Shown: positions 10,906 through 22,818, counted from the first letter of the stretch. The stretch is 64,000 bases of DNA from an uncultured Nitrososphaeraceae archaeon (GCA_963765895.1 CAVXZB010000019.1:256001-320000); one strand, 5' to 3'. Notes: a model not told the origin generated them from the letters alone. Made by a program: numbers and translations.

Positions 10906-11325
10906 ATGCCTGAGGATGAAATTGTCTTTTACGGTCATCATAATGTTAGATGTCTACATCCGAGGACTATTGAAGTCACAACTGACTCACATCTGACACT
11001 AAGAGGCGACTGCATTATAGGCGTAAGAGCAAGCAAGGCTTGCAACGATTTGAATGATCGTTTGAAAAGCAGCATTCAGGATGATCTCGCAGTGATCAGG
11101 ATGGAGATCTCGGTCGGAAACGCCATAATGCAGATTAATGGAAGAGGTGATAAGCATTTGTCTTTGTCTAGCCAAACCGAAGTTGTCATAAGGAAATCAA
11201 ATTTTATTTCCTCCAGAACTCTCTGTATCAATTGTGACAAGGGGTCAGCAGACATGCCAAAAGTGATGATAAGACTATTACAAGACCCTTCATCAAAAGG
11301 AACTCTGAAGATAACATCTGAATAA
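10906..11325 (+). CDS. DUF371-family conserved archaeal protein
   Basis: GHHNV...HPRTIEVT...LTLRGDCIIGV, VIRKSNF. Confidence 0.85.
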   Translation: MPEDEIVFYGHHNVRCLHPRTIEVTTDSHLTLRGDCIIGVRASKACNDLNDRLKSSIQDDLAVIRMEISVGNAIMQINGRGDKHLSLSSQTEVVIRKSNFISSRTLCINCDKGSADMPKVMIRLLQDPSSKGTLKITSE

Positions 11326-11355
11326 AATGCTAAAAGGATTGTTCGAATATTGGGA

Positions 11356-12204
11356 TTAATGAGCTTGTCTAGATATTTCCTTGAATGCAAAATTGTATCT
11401 CTTTGTTAATTCATAAGTAATTTCAGATGGAATTACAAGCGACTCCTTTTTAATCTTATTATCAAGAATCTGTTGCATAAGTCCTGATTTTTTTAGCCAA
11501 TCCCTCAGGAGCTGTTTATCATAGCTGATTTGATCACTTCCAGGAAGATAACTGGACTTCAGCCACAGTCGAAATTCGTCAGGACCTATAGAATCAGCCA
11601 GAATTAGTCTATTATCAGAATCCCTACCGAATTCAAACTTCACGTCAGCAATAATGAACTTGGCCTTCTCGGCAAGAGCACTCATTTTGTTGTATAACGA
11701 TATCGATGCCTGTTCGAGAAATTCGTATTCATTTGCGGATAGCACTTCTGACTCTAATATTTTTCTTTTAGTAGTTGGTAGATCGTGTAGGTCAGATTTC
11801 GTTGAAGGATCCAAAATCGGAAAAGGTAATTTTGCGGCCTTTAACGGCCTGAAGGATTCACCAGATAGCCTTCCAGTATTTTCATTGTTTGTGAACCTCT
11901 CGAATAAACTTCCGTACAAATATCCTCTTACGACAAATTCTAGTGGGATAACCCTTAGCCCCCGTACTTCCATCATGTCTTTTTTCGGAACGGCTATCAT
12001 ATGATTCGGAAAATCAAGGAAGTCGAACCAAAATTTAGCGAAGCTGCATAAAATCTCTCCTTTGTGTGGCACCAAAGTTGCCATTTTGATATCAAATGCA
12101 GAAATGCGATCGGAAAAATGGAATAACAAATGGCCATTGTCCAATTCATAAATGTCTTTCACCTTGCCTTGTCGCACGAGTTTCAAGCATTCACTCCTGA
12201 ACAT
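11356..12204 (-). CDS. purC: SAICAR synthetase
   Basis: GKVKDIY, SDRISAFD, EFVVRGY, DVKFEFG, DKQLLRDW. Confidence 0.95.
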   Translation of the reverse strand: MFRSECLKLVRQGKVKDIYELDNGHLLFHFSDRISAFDIKMATLVPHKGEILCSFAKFWFDFLDFPNHMIAVPKKDMMEVRGLRVIPLEFVVRGYLYGSLFERFTNNENTGRLSGESFRPLKAAKLPFPILDPSTKSDLHDLPTTKRKILESEVLSANEYEFLEQASISLYNKMSALAEKAKFIIADVKFEFGRDSDNRLILADSIGPDEFRLWLKSSYLPGSDQISYDKQLLRDWLKKSGLMQQILDNKIKKESLVIPSEITYELTKRYNFAFKEISRQAH

Positions 12205-12331
12205 GCCGCTGATAAATACTTCTTCCTCAGAAGATTCAGATAGCTGCATGATAATTTTCACGTCGCTTAATCGTGGCGATAGTCCGAATCAGAACTTCTA
12301 AATTGCAGTTGTGAAAATGAATGAAAACCAA

Positions 12332-12406
12332 AGGTCATGGTGGGATTCGAACCCACGACCTAAGGTTTACAAAACCTTCGCTCTAACCAGGCTGAGCTAC
12401 ATGACC
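12332..12406 (-). tRNA. tRNA-Thr(TGT), intron-less
   Basis: GGTCATG-TAGCTCAGCCTGGTTAGAGCG-AAGGT TT TGT AA ACCTT-AGGTC-GTGGG TTCGAAT CCCAC-CATGACC-T. Confidence 0.9.
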
Positions 12407-12499
12407 GCGACTTTGGTGGTTATCGAGTTCATCTGACGTAATTAATACTTTGTTGGCCCTAAATTTCCTTTAATTATAACCCTATTTTATACAAATGTT

Positions 12500-12793
12500 A
12501 TGAAAAACAATGGATCCACAGAGTCGAGATTTATAGTGCTTGTTAATATAGAAAATAAACCCTATATTAGTGATCCCGAAGGCGACACAATTCTTCGAGA
12601 CTTGGTTTTGAAGGAGGGATATTCAATAGTCGAATCCATTCGATCAGCAAAGGCCCTAAAAATGAAAGTAAGGGCTAGAAATCCCAAACATGCAGAGAAA
12701 ATCGTTAGGAAGATTTGTGAGGAATTAAGAATTTTCAATCCAATATTAAGTAACTGCACAGTGAAAGTAATCGGAACCATTTCAAAGGAGTAA
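12500..12793 (+). CDS. purS: FGAM synthase subunit PurS
   Basis: DPEGDTI, IRSAK, LRIFNP; precedes purQ and purL. Confidence 0.9.
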   Translation: MKNNGSTESRFIVLVNIENKPYISDPEGDTILRDLVLKEGYSIVESIRSAKALKMKVRARNPKHAEKIVRKICEELRIFNPILSNCTVKVIGTISKE

Positions 12794-13028
12794 CAAACCA
12801 CTTAGTAGCGTTGCTCAATATGCAAAATTGCTACTATATCAATTAGGAGTGAGAACGCCAATAAATACACTTCCGACATGACTAAAGAAGTATTTACTGA
12901 CCACCTCGAGATGAGTTTGATACCGTGGCATGTGATTTTCCAATAACTTTCAAGTATCTTTCTAAGTTTTTGCGTCAGAACGAACCAGAAAGAAATCAAT
13001 AAATCCAGTTTAACTGTACTATCGCTCC

Positions 13029-13716
13029 GTGGTTCGAGTTGGTATATTAGTTTTTCCAGGTAGCAATTGTGAAAGGGACGTCCATACTGTCCTTATACAA
13101 TATGCCGGGATAGAACCAGAGCTTATATGGCACACTAAAAGTGATCTAGGGAAATACGATGCGTTTGTCGTTCCTGGCGGATTTTCATATGGCGATAGCT
13201 TACGTGCAGGTGCTATAGCTCGCCCACAGCCCTGTAATTGAACAATTGAAAAAGATGGCCAAGCAGAATGTTCCGATTTTGGGAATTTGCAATGGTTTTC
13301 AGATTCTAGTTGAATCAGGTTTGCTTCCTGGCGCACTGACAACTAACTCATCTCTTAAATTTGTATGCAAGCGAGCAAATCTTGTGGTAGAAAATAACAC
13401 CACCCCCTTTACAAGCCTGTTGAAGAGAGGAGAGGTTATATCTATTCCTGTTGCGCATGGTCAAGGTCGTTACATTATCGATGTCCAATCATTTAGAAAA
13501 CTCAAAAGGAATAAACAGATACTATTTAGATATATTGACGAAAACATTAATGGATCAATGAATGACGTTGCAGCAGTCTGTAATGAGCAAGGTAACGTAG
13601 TGGGTATGATGCCTCATCCGGAGAGAGCAGTGGCACCTCGGGGGAGACTAGAAGTGCATAATTCTAGGGAACATCTGATATTCGAGTCTCTCCGCGCCAG
13701 TCTCTCTCACCATTGA
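13029..13716 (+). CDS. purQ: FGAM synthase glutaminase subunit PurQ (frameshift near 13230)
   Basis: FPGSNCE, PGGFSYGD, GICNGFQ, MMPHPER. Confidence 0.95.
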
Positions 13717-13738
13717 AATTCTGTGAGGTAGGAAGACC

Positions 13739-15941
13739 ATGTCTAGCATCACGAAGGCCGAAAATGAATACTTGCGAAAAAAATTACGTCGTAAACCGAG
13801 CAAATTTGAGCTTGATGTCATCAGCGCCGAATGGTCGGAGCATTGTTCGTACAAATCATCAAAAAAGTTCATTAGGAAATTTCCCAATCAGAGTAAATAC
13901 GTCCTGCAAGGTGTTTCGTCTGACGCTGCCCTGTTAGATATTGGTCGAGGTTACGTGCTCGCTGTTCACATTGAAAGTCATAATCATCCATCCGCAGTTG
14001 AACCATACGGGGGCTCAGCCACCGGTGTGGGCGGAGTCATCAGAGATATACTCTCACTAGGGACTCGGCCTATTGCCATCCTAAATGCGCTTCGGTTTGC
14101 CCCAATCGATCATATTTCTAAAAGACAATCGCAGAAGTCCAGATGGCTATTGAGGAATGTAACTAAGGGCATTGCAGATTATGGAAATTGCATAGGCATT
14201 CCTACAGTTGGCGGAGAAATGGAATTTGATAGTGGATTTAGCAATTACTGCCTAGTTGACGTAGCCGCGATTGGAATTAGTAAGCGTAACAAGATTGTTC
14301 CGAATACATCAAACCCAGGCGATGTAGTTCTCTTGGTAGGCGGCGAGACGGGAAGAGATGGCATTCACGGCTCTTCATTTGCCTCAAAGGAGTTAAATTT
14401 AGAAGATCGATCCGCTGTCCAAATACCAGATCCCTTCACCGAGAAGCTGCTGATTGAAGGATTACTTGAAGCAGTTGACAAAGGCTTGATTAAAGCCATG
14501 AAAGACCTTGGTGGTGGAGGACTTTCTTGTTGTCTGTCTGAAATATCCGTAATGTTATCAAAAGGACTTGAAATAGACATTTCAAAAATACACGTCAAGG
14601 AGGATGGAATGTCGCCTTCCGAAATTATGATATCAGAGTCTCAGGAAAGAATGCTGGTCGTCACAAGCCAAAGAAAATCGAAAAATCTAGTAAAGGTTCT
14701 TGAGAAGTATAATTTACGATATTCAATAATTGGATCTGTAAAAGGAAATAAAAACCTAGTCATCAAAGACAGAGGAAAGGTAATCATGAATATGCCGTCA
14801 TTGTTTATTTGTCGGGCCCCACTCATTGATAGAAGATCCGCAGCTCCGAAATCTAGAAGTATTAATCCAGTCCCCCAATTTGGTAAGCGTCCGATAGATA
14901 TAGCTAAAAGAATCCTTCAACTTTTGGGGAATCCTAACATCGCCGGCAAAGAATGGATTTATCAACAATTCGACTACGATGTTGGTATTAGAACTACGTT
15001 GAAGCCAGGAGAGGCTGATTCGAGTGTTATTAGTTTAGAGAACGGAAAATTCTTAGCTATTAAACTCGATGGAAATTCTAAGCAGTGTAATTTGGATCCA
15101 TATCAGGGTACTTTAAACGTCCTGTCAGAGGTCTGTAGAAATATTGTCTCTACTGGTGGTAATCCAGTTGCAATCTTTGATCATCTCCAATTCGGTAGCC
15201 CAGAAAGACCCGAGATTTTCTGGGCTTTTAAACAATCAGTCCAAGCAATTATTGATTATTGTACTTTTATGGATCTCCCAGTAGTCGGTGGAAAGGTTAG
15301 CTTTTATAACGAAACATCAGAAGGCCCTATCAAGCATTCGCCTGTGATTGGTGCAATTGGGCTAATTGATCGGTCAGAGCTGGATAATGCAACCCGGCCT
15401 TAGTTCAGATGAATCTATATTTATAATTGGTAATACGAAAGATGAAATGGGTGGTTCAGAATTTTATGAAGCTACTGGCAACAAAGAAAATGGAAGAATA
15501 CCGACTGTAGATCTGAATGTAGATAGACTTAATTCAAAAGCTGTCTTAAAGCTAATTCGTGGCAATGTTGTAAGATCTCTTCATGATTGCTCAAAAGGAG
15601 GTCTAGGAATATCACTGTGTGAAATGGCAATGGCTGGTGAAAATGGCTTCCAAGTATATTTAGATAGGGTACCTAACACCTGTTCTACTATATACGATCT
15701 TATATTTTCTGAATCCCCTTCTCGATATGTAGTAGGTACCGATGACAGAGATGGGGTTCACAGGATACTTTCCGCTATAGGTGGCCTAAAATATTCTGAA
15801 ATAGGAACAGCAACTAGCAAGGGATCAGACGCTATCTTATATCATAGAAAAATTGGAGGCCCGGTGACGCTATCGCGCAAGAGTATCGTGAGAAGCTATG
15901 GAAGATTAGGAACCATCATGGAACAGAATTCCGTAAGCTGA
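13739..15941 (+). CDS. purL: FGAM synthase subunit PurL (frameshift near 15380)
   Basis: WSEHCSYK, ESHNHPSAVEP, DLGGGG, SESQERM, VGGKVSFYN, HDCSKGG. Confidence 0.95.
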
Positions 15942-16161
15942 CCAGACTGGGAGGGAAAATCGAACCTGCTACCCCAGTCGCTATCATTGTGCTATACCTT
16001 TGTGATAATATTGTAAATTATTGACTGCGACACATTTTTTAGTCGATTATGAGAGTTTAATGTACATTTGGATCCTAGTCGATCACACATCTTTATGCTC
16101 ATGAATGGTATACAATTTCGAATACCTGTCATAAAGGAAATAAATTTATGTGGTTATAGTA

Positions 16162-17598
16162 ATGGTACATGAGAATTGCGGCGTATTTGGCGCATTTTCA
16201 ATTAACGGTGATAATGTCACTCCACTTGTAATTGATTGTCTGAGAGCCCTACAGCATCGGGGTCAGGAAGCATGGGGGATCGCTGTTCCAAATAAACTGC
16301 CATTCAAAAGACTGGGTTTAGTCTCTGCATCAGCTTCTGAATTTAAAAGTATTTCCAAAAAATATAAATCTAATATAGCAATTGGACATGTTCGATATTC
16401 CACTTTTGGTAAAAGTACGCTAAGCAACGCTCAACCTATAAAAGTAAAGGATCTGTGTGTAGCTCATAACGGTACCATAGCGAATGTGGAAGAAATGTCT
16501 GGCATGGTAGGAGGCTGTACGTTCACTCCTCATACGATGAGTGATACGCTCGTAGCTGCTCAACGACTAATCATGCATTTGGAAAAAAATCCTAGCATGA
16601 CTGATTCTATTTCCATCCTAAAAAGTGAGATAGTCGGCTCATTTTGCTTCATGTTCTTGACAGATAATTCTTCTGTTTATGCCGCAAGGGACCCCAGGGG
16701 ATTCAGGCCATTAGTACCTGGAAATCATACAGAAACCAACACATACATGATCGCATCAGAATCTTGTGCTTTTTCAGCAGTTGGGGCGAAACTACTGAGA
16801 GACGTAGAACCAGGCGAAATCATAAAACTAGACAAAGAAGGCATCAAAAGCGAACGTTTTGCAAAGGAGCCTCACGCCCACTGCGCTTTTGAATTTACAT
16901 ATTTTGCTCACCCAACTAGTATAATGGAAGGAGTAAACGTATATGCGGCTCGAAAACGAATTGGACAACTCCTTGCTAAAAAATATCCGATTGTCGATGC
17001 TGATTTAGTGATTCCTGTGCCAGATTCAGCTAGACCTGCAGCTCTCGGCTATTCAGAAGCACTAGGATTACCGTTTGAGGAAGGGTTGTTAAAAAATAGA
17101 TATAGTAAAAAGGGTTCGATGCGCAGTTTTATAGAACCATATGGAGAAACAAGAGTAGAAATTAACAAGGGAATTATACCTATTAGAGACGTTATAGAGA
17201 AGAAAAAGGTCGTTGTTATCGACGATAGTATAGTTAGAGGTACCAGCTCTCACTCCATCGTAAAAATGCTGCGTGCTTCTGGTGCTAAAGAAATTAGCAT
17301 GATAGTTACTTATCCACCAATTCGATTCCCGTGTTATGCTGGTATAGATTTCCCTTCGCAGGAAGAGCTTATCGCATATCAAGAGACAAGGAATGAAACT
17401 TCCATCGAAAAAATTGGCTCCAACATATCAAAAATAATTGGTGCCGATTTTACAGGATATAATGATACCTCTACCTTGGCTGAGGCTATTGGAATTTCGG
17501 AAGACCAACTTTGCTTTACTTGTTCTACGGGCGACTATTCTTCACTCGGAATCACGCCAATTTTTAAAACTAGGAAAGAAATGAAGGGCGAAGATTAG
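16162..17598 (+). CDS. purF: Amidophosphoribosyltransferase
   Basis: ENCGVFG (N-terminal nucleophile Cys), LQHRGQE, GHVRYST, VIDDSIVRGTS. Confidence 0.96.
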   Translation: MVHENCGVFGAFSINGDNVTPLVIDCLRALQHRGQEAWGIAVPNKLPFKRLGLVSASASEFKSISKKYKSNIAIGHVRYSTFGKSTLSNAQPIKVKDLCVAHNGTIANVEEMSGMVGGCTFTPHTMSDTLVAAQRLIMHLEKNPSMTDSISILKSEIVGSFCFMFLTDNSSVYAARDPRGFRPLVPGNHTETNTYMIASESCAFSAVGAKLLRDVEPGEIIKLDKEGIKSERFAKEPHAHCAFEFTYFAHPTSIMEGVNVYAARKRIGQLLAKKYPIVDADLVIPVPDSARPAALGYSEALGLPFEEGLLKNRYSKKGSMRSFIEPYGETRVEINKGIIPIRDVIEKKKVVVIDDSIVRGTSSHSIVKMLRASGAKEISMIVTYPPIRFPCYAGIDFPSQEELIAYQETRNETSIEKIGSNISKIIGADFTGYNDTSTLAEAIGISEDQLCFTCSTGDYSSLGITPIFKTRKEMKGED

Positions 17599-17687
17599 AA
17601 TGTCAACCAATTTGACCTTGCGATAACAAAAAAAAGTATTAGCCATTACCGGAGTAGGTTAAATTTAGCCGCATCGAAAGTGCTAAA

Positions 17688-18158
17688 TCAATTCAACTTG
17701 CCTTCTACGTCTTCAGCACTTTGCAATACCCGTTGCTCCATCTCCTTTCTATATTTATAAAGCTTGTTTGATAACTCCTCATTTTCGAGTGCGAGGATCT
17801 GACAGGCCAAGAGTCCCGCATTTTTCGAACCGTTCACTGCTACAGTAGCCACTGGCACTCCAAATGGCATTTGTACGATTGAGAGCAGGGAATCTACGCC
17901 ATCAAACGAAATTCTTATTGGGACTCCGATGACTGGGAGAGTGGTTAGCGAAGCTAGCATCCCTGGTAGATGAGCTGCACCGCCAGCTCCGGCGATAATA
18001 ACCCTTATTCCGCGGCTCCTACAGGTCCGTGCGTAATCAATCATTTTATCCACGGTTCTATGGGCAGAAACAATCCTGATTTCGTATTTTACATCAAAGA
18101 GCTTTAATATCTCGGCGGCTTCTAGCATAACACTTAGATCAGATTCACTTCCCATCAA
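17688..18158 (-). CDS. purE: N5-CAIR mutase
   Basis: [28 protein letters not shown]. Confidence 0.96.
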   Translation of the reverse strand: MMGSESDLSVMLEAAEILKLFDVKYEIRIVSAHRTVDKMIDYARTCRSRGIRVIIAGAGGAAHLPGMLASLTTLPVIGVPIRISFDGVDSLLSIVQMPFGVPVATVAVNGSKNAGLLACQILALENEELSNKLYKYRKEMEQRVLQSAEDVEGKLN

Positions 18159-18194
18159 AATACCTACGCTACTGTGCGATAACTCTACTCGCCT

Positions 18195-19364
18195 CTAACT
18201 TGCCTCAATTATCCTTAACGATCGACTAGCGAGTTCTGCCCTTCGCATGGATTGTCTTAAGGAATTTGCAACTGCAGTAATGTGACCAAGTTTTCTACGA
18301 GGTTTGGTTATCGACTTCCCATATAGATGAAGTTTTACTCCTGGTATGGCAAAGAGCGGTTTTATTCCTTCCAATTTATAGGAACCTTGAAATTCGTTTG
18401 GTCCTAAAATATTGTACATTGTAGCAGGGGACAATAATTCCGGCTTAGAGAGTGGGAGGTCCAACACAGCTCTTAAATGTTGCTCAAATTGTGAAACTGA
18501 AGAGGCCTCGATAGTGTAATGGCCGGAATTGTGTGGGCGCGGGGCAATTTCATTTAACACTACCTTGTCATCGGCTGTTACAAACATCTCTATTCCAAAG
18601 ATGCCAGCAGTCTTAAAAGCATGCATAATATTACATGCAATTTTTCTCGCTTTTTTCTTGACAACATTTGAAACCCTGCCTGGAACAATACTACGATCCA
18701 AGATCCCCTGCTTATGACGATTTTCTGCTACAGGAAAACATTCAATCTGACCACTCATGTTTCTTGCAACCATAATTGATATCTCATTTTCAAACTTGAC
18801 GAACTCTTCAAGCATACATTCTCTGCCAGCAAAGTATCGTAATGCGTCGTGAATTTCACCAGTAGATCTTATGAAATAATTGCCCCTTCCGTCGTAACCA
18901 TTTTCACATGCCTTAAGGATCACTGGAAATCCATAGTCCCTTGCATTCCTCACTAAATCTTCCTCTGAGTTAATGAGAGTAAAATTAGGAACAGGAATCT
19001 TATTTTTCTTCATGAATATTTTTTGTCTATACTTATTCTGTATAATATAAAGCGTTTCAGGTGATGGGCGGATCTCGTAATTTTTCGATCCTAGTTCCTT
19101 TAATGCTGCAGAATTGGTAAACTCGATTTCATATGTAAGCAAATCAGATTTACTAGCTAACAATTTAAGCGAACTATCACTTTTAAAGTCAGAAACAATC
19201 AAATCGTCACAAACCTTTGCCGCCGGACAATTCGGGTCGGGATCTAAAATCAGGACCTTAAGTGACAGTCTTTTTGCCTCTTGTGAAAGCATTTTTCCAA
19301 GCTGACCTCCTCCTATAATTCCGATGCAAAGTGGGTTTCCTGATGCGAATGCTCCTTTTTTCAA
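18195..19364 (-). CDS. purK: N5-CAIR synthetase
   Basis: GGGQLGKM, GYDGRG, NEIAPRPHNSGH, RKLGH. Confidence 0.96.
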   Translation of the reverse strand: MKKGAFASGNPLCIGIIGGGQLGKMLSQEAKRLSLKVLILDPDPNCPAAKVCDDLIVSDFKSDSSLKLLASKSDLLTYEIEFTNSAALKELGSKNYEIRPSPETLYIIQNKYRQKIFMKKNKIPVPNFTLINSEEDLVRNARDYGFPVILKACENGYDGRGNYFIRSTGEIHDALRYFAGRECMLEEFVKFENEISIMVARNMSGQIECFPVAENRHKQGILDRSIVPGRVSNVVKKKARKIACNIMHAFKTAGIFGIEMFVTADDKVVLNEIAPRPHNSGHYTIEASSVSQFEQHLRAVLDLPLSKPELLSPATMYNILGPNEFQGSYKLEGIKPLFAIPGVKLHLYGKSITKPRRKLGHITAVANSLRQSMRRAELASRSLRIIEAS

Positions 19365-19452
19365 CTGAATCCTGTTTTTTATCGTCGGGTTAGATCAAAT
19401 TAAAGTATTTGCCATCTACTAAATGAACATATGAAGAAAACCGCCTTACATA

Positions 19453-19935
19453 TTGGAAGTTTCAGACGGCTCATGGTTTTCTTACCAGATAAACGTTCGT
19501 AAAAATCCAAATATACCTGTCAACGCAATAAATCTATTGAAAGATAATTTCCAAGGATTGTGTGACAGGATTGTACATCTAGATAAGTCTATTCGATTTG
19601 CAGGTCTTGCAAATAGCGAAGGTGTTCTGCTAGGAGTTGCTGAGAGAGAGGGTCTGAAACCTCTTTTGACACCGGAACAGAGAGCGCAATATGCTATCAC
19701 AGCAGCAACTAGACAGTACACAAGACTAAGATGGCAGTACCATCTTGGAAAGATCCATTATGCAAGCTCTCACTATTCGAAACTTGTAAGGGCAACTATT
19801 CCTATAACTGATTCTGATAATACACTGAATTATGTGCTATTGCTATCATTTGATGCTAAGACTGAAAATATTCACGAAATCATAACAGGTAGAATAATAC
19901 CGGAGGTAAAATTATCCAGCAGTAGTCTACCGTAA
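19453..19935 (+). CDS. Conserved thaumarchaeal roadblock-like (DUF6659-like) protein
   Basis: LDKSIRFAG...G...REGLKPLL...LGKIHY pattern typical of this family. Confidence 0.55.
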   Translation: MEVSDGSWFSYQINVRKNPNIPVNAINLLKDNFQGLCDRIVHLDKSIRFAGLANSEGVLLGVAEREGLKPLLTPEQRAQYAITAATRQYTRLRWQYHLGKIHYASSHYSKLVRATIPITDSDNTLNYVLLLSFDAKTENIHEIITGRIIPEVKLSSSSLP

Positions 19936-19997
19936 TGGATTCATCATACTTAAATTTACATACTAGATAAGTTTCTTGACTTTACCTCAAAGCCGTG

Positions 19998-20756
19998 TCA
20001 TTGTTTAGCAGAGATGCCACCATCGACCGTAATAACCGTTCCTGTGATCCATTTCGCGTCCTCAGAAGACAAGTAACTTACTACCCCCGATATATCCTCC
20101 GGTTCTCCTATGCTGCGTAAGGGAAAAGAGGATTCAAGCATATGCCTTGCATTGTCATCTTGAAGATATGGCTCAATCATGGGACTTTTAATTGTAGAAG
20201 GTGCGATACAATTACATCTTATACCAAATTGACCATATTCAACTGCTATGCTTTTTGTCAGCATTATTACTCCTGCCTTGGTTACACCATAGACAGAAAG
20301 TGGAACGTTTGCTATTGACCTAATTCCCAGTAAAGATGAGATATTTATTATATTCCCAGCATTTTTTTCGATCATTATTGGCAAGACAGATTTGATGAAT
20401 CTGAACGTACCTATCAGATTCACATTGATTAGCAAATTCCACTGGTCGTCGTTCATCAAATGAAAGGGAGTGGGATCGCTAATTACGCCAGCACTGTTTA
20501 CTAAAATATCAACTGTATCAAATTTCGATATAGTCTGGTCAATAGCGCTCAAAACTTCAGCTTCTTTTGTAATATCGGTGCGTACGGCCAAAACATCTCT
20601 TTTGTTGCCAAGGGCAGCATTAATCTCAGATAACTTAGTTCTGTCTCTGCCAATTAATACAACTTTGCATCCCTCTGAAAGCAATCTTTTTGCCGTGACT
20701 TTACCCACTCCTCCGGTTGCTCCGGTAATAATAGCAACCTTCCCATTTAGTTTCAT
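19998..20756 (-). CDS. Short-chain dehydrogenase/reductase (FabG-like)
   Basis: TGATGGVG, NSAG, YGVTK (YxxxK), VDGG. Confidence 0.92.
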   Translation of the reverse strand: MKLNGKVAIITGATGGVGKVTAKRLLSEGCKVVLIGRDRTKLSEINAALGNKRDVLAVRTDITKEAEVLSAIDQTISKFDTVDILVNSAGVISDPTPFHLMNDDQWNLLINVNLIGTFRFIKSVLPIMIEKNAGNIINISSLLGIRSIANVPLSVYGVTKAGVIMLTKSIAVEYGQFGIRCNCIAPSTIKSPMIEPYLQDDNARHMLESSFPLRSIGEPEDISGVVSYLSSEDAKWITGTVITVDGGISAKQ

Positions 20757-20839
20757 AGCTGATAAACCAATTTTCTTTTTAAAGTACTTTTCGTATTTTG
20801 TTCTCTCAATATACAACTGGACTGTAAATAGTGAAATCG

Positions 20840-20953
20840 AGCCGACTTGGCGGGTAGTTGGCTTGCTACCGATTGATTAGCTACGTAATCGTGAGGTAAT
20901 CTCTATGAACTGGCGTAGCAGCTCAGAGCAATCAGCTACTCCGCTAAAGCTGA
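20840..20953 (+). ncRNA. Candidate structured ncRNA (long interrupted hairpin)
   Basis: 20847-20867 pairs with 20927-20947 (about 20 bp; non-Watson-Crick pairs are G-U on the + strand); inner helices GCTACG/CGTAGC and TCGTGAG/CTC-T-ATGA. Confidence 0.45.
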
Positions 20954-20993
20954 GAAAAAAAATACTTTAAGATGTAAATCTAATTCTGAATTA

Positions 20994-22818
20994 GTGGATT
21001 CCAAAAAATTCGTGCTAGATACTAGTATTATCATTGATGGGGAAATAACAAGAATGCTAGAGCTCAAGAGGATCAAAACCGGCAGCGAAGTAATCATTCC
21101 TCTGGCCGTTTTAGATGAACTCCAATCACAGGCGTCGGTTAATAAAGAACATGGGTTTGTAGGGTTAGAAGAAGTCAAAAGAATCAGGGATCTGTGTTTA
21201 AAAAATGAGATTCTTCTCAGTTTCGTTGGAGAACGACCTGATCTTGAGGATATTAAACTAGCTAAACGTGGCAGAATTGATGCCATGATCAAGGATGTAG
21301 CTTTAAACGAAAAGGCAACACTTGTAACCGCTGACTTTGTCCAATCATTGGTCGCAGAAGCTCAAGGGGTGGAATCCCTGTATATATCAAATCCTCCTAA
21401 GACGTCAAATCTTTCATTCGAGGATTATTTTGATGATAACACAATGAGTGTACATATAAAGGAAGGTGTCTGCCCATTTGCCAAAAAAGGCATCCCCGAC
21501 AACTTTAAGCTCACCCGTATCAAAGAAGTTGGTACGTCCCATAAAGAAATCTCGTCCATAATAACTGAAATAAGTGAAGCATCGCGAGTCAGCGGCATTG
21601 GAAAGGTTGAAATTAGCAGGAGTGGCGCGACCGTCATACAATATGGAAAGTACCGCATTTCTATCACTAGACCACCTTTCTCGGACGCGATAGAGGTAAC
21701 CATAGTAAAGCCAATAGTGAAGCTCACCCTCGGTGACTATTCTATCTCGAAAAAATTAACTGAGAAGCTTTCAACTGGAGCCGAAGGCATTATTATTTCC
21801 GGCCCTCCAGGGTCTGGAAAAAGCACATTCGCTAGCGAGCTTGGCAGAATTTTATGTGTCAAACGAGAAAATAGTAAAAACCTTCGAATCTCCACGAGAT
21901 TTACAGGTTCCGGATGAAGTAACTCAGTACGCGCCATTGGAAGGAAGTTTTGAGAAGGCAGTTGATATTCTCTTACTAGTAAGACCGGATTATACAATCT
22001 TCGATGAGGTCAGAAGGGCACCCGACTTTGAAGTGTTTGCTGACATGAGACTAGCGGGAGTTGGAATGGTAGGAGTAGTTCATGCCAGTAGCCCGCTTGA
22101 TGCCATTCAAAGGTTTATAGGCAGGGTTGAACTGGGAATGATTCCCCATATTCTAGATACTATAATCTTCATCAAGGGAGGGCGTATACAAAAGGTGTAT
22201 GAAGTAACACTTACAGTGAAGGTACCTAGTGGAATGGCGGAAGCCGACCTCGCCAGACCGTTAGTTGAGGTTAGGGATTTCGAGTCTGGGATGGTTGAAT
22301 ACGAAATATACACCTACGGCGAGGAAAATGTAGTTGTACCGGTTGTCGAAGCAAATTCTCCTATTTCTGATAATCCGATGTTCAAATTGGCAGAGTCAAG
22401 AATTAAGGATGTAATAAGAAGATTTGATCCCGAAGCAGAGATAACCATTTTATCGAACAATCGAGCACAAATTTTGGTCAATAAGAATGTAGTCCCGAGG
22501 ATTATTGGCAAAGGTGGATCTACAGTTTCTGAATTGGAAAAAATTCTCGGAATAAAGCTAGATGTGGATGCGAAAAATTCGGCGAGTCAACGCGAAATTA
22601 ATTTTGAATTTGATGAAAGTGGTTCATCAATCTCGATATACCTGCCGGACTCCCTGGTCGGGAAGATGGTAGATATCCACGTAGATAACGAGTACATATT
22701 TAGCAGCCAGGTTGGTAAAAAAGCTAGAATTAAAATTGACAAGGGAACCGATAATGGTAAACGACTTATGGGAGCCTTTCGCGAAGCGCAAGAAATAAAG
22801 ATATTTTACTCAAGGTAG
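20994..22818 (+). CDS. PIN-domain/VirB11-like ATPase with KH domain (PINA) (frameshift near 21840)
   Basis: VLDTS PIN start, Walker A GPPGSGKST, FDEVR, VVHA, KH motif IIGKGG. Confidence 0.9.

Noticed and set aside
15945-15979. tRNA-minihelix-like hairpin after purL (GACTGGG/CCCAGTC with GGTTCGAT on the minus strand)
   Set aside because: No T-stem pairing and no D or anticodon arm; a 7-bp stem is not significant.
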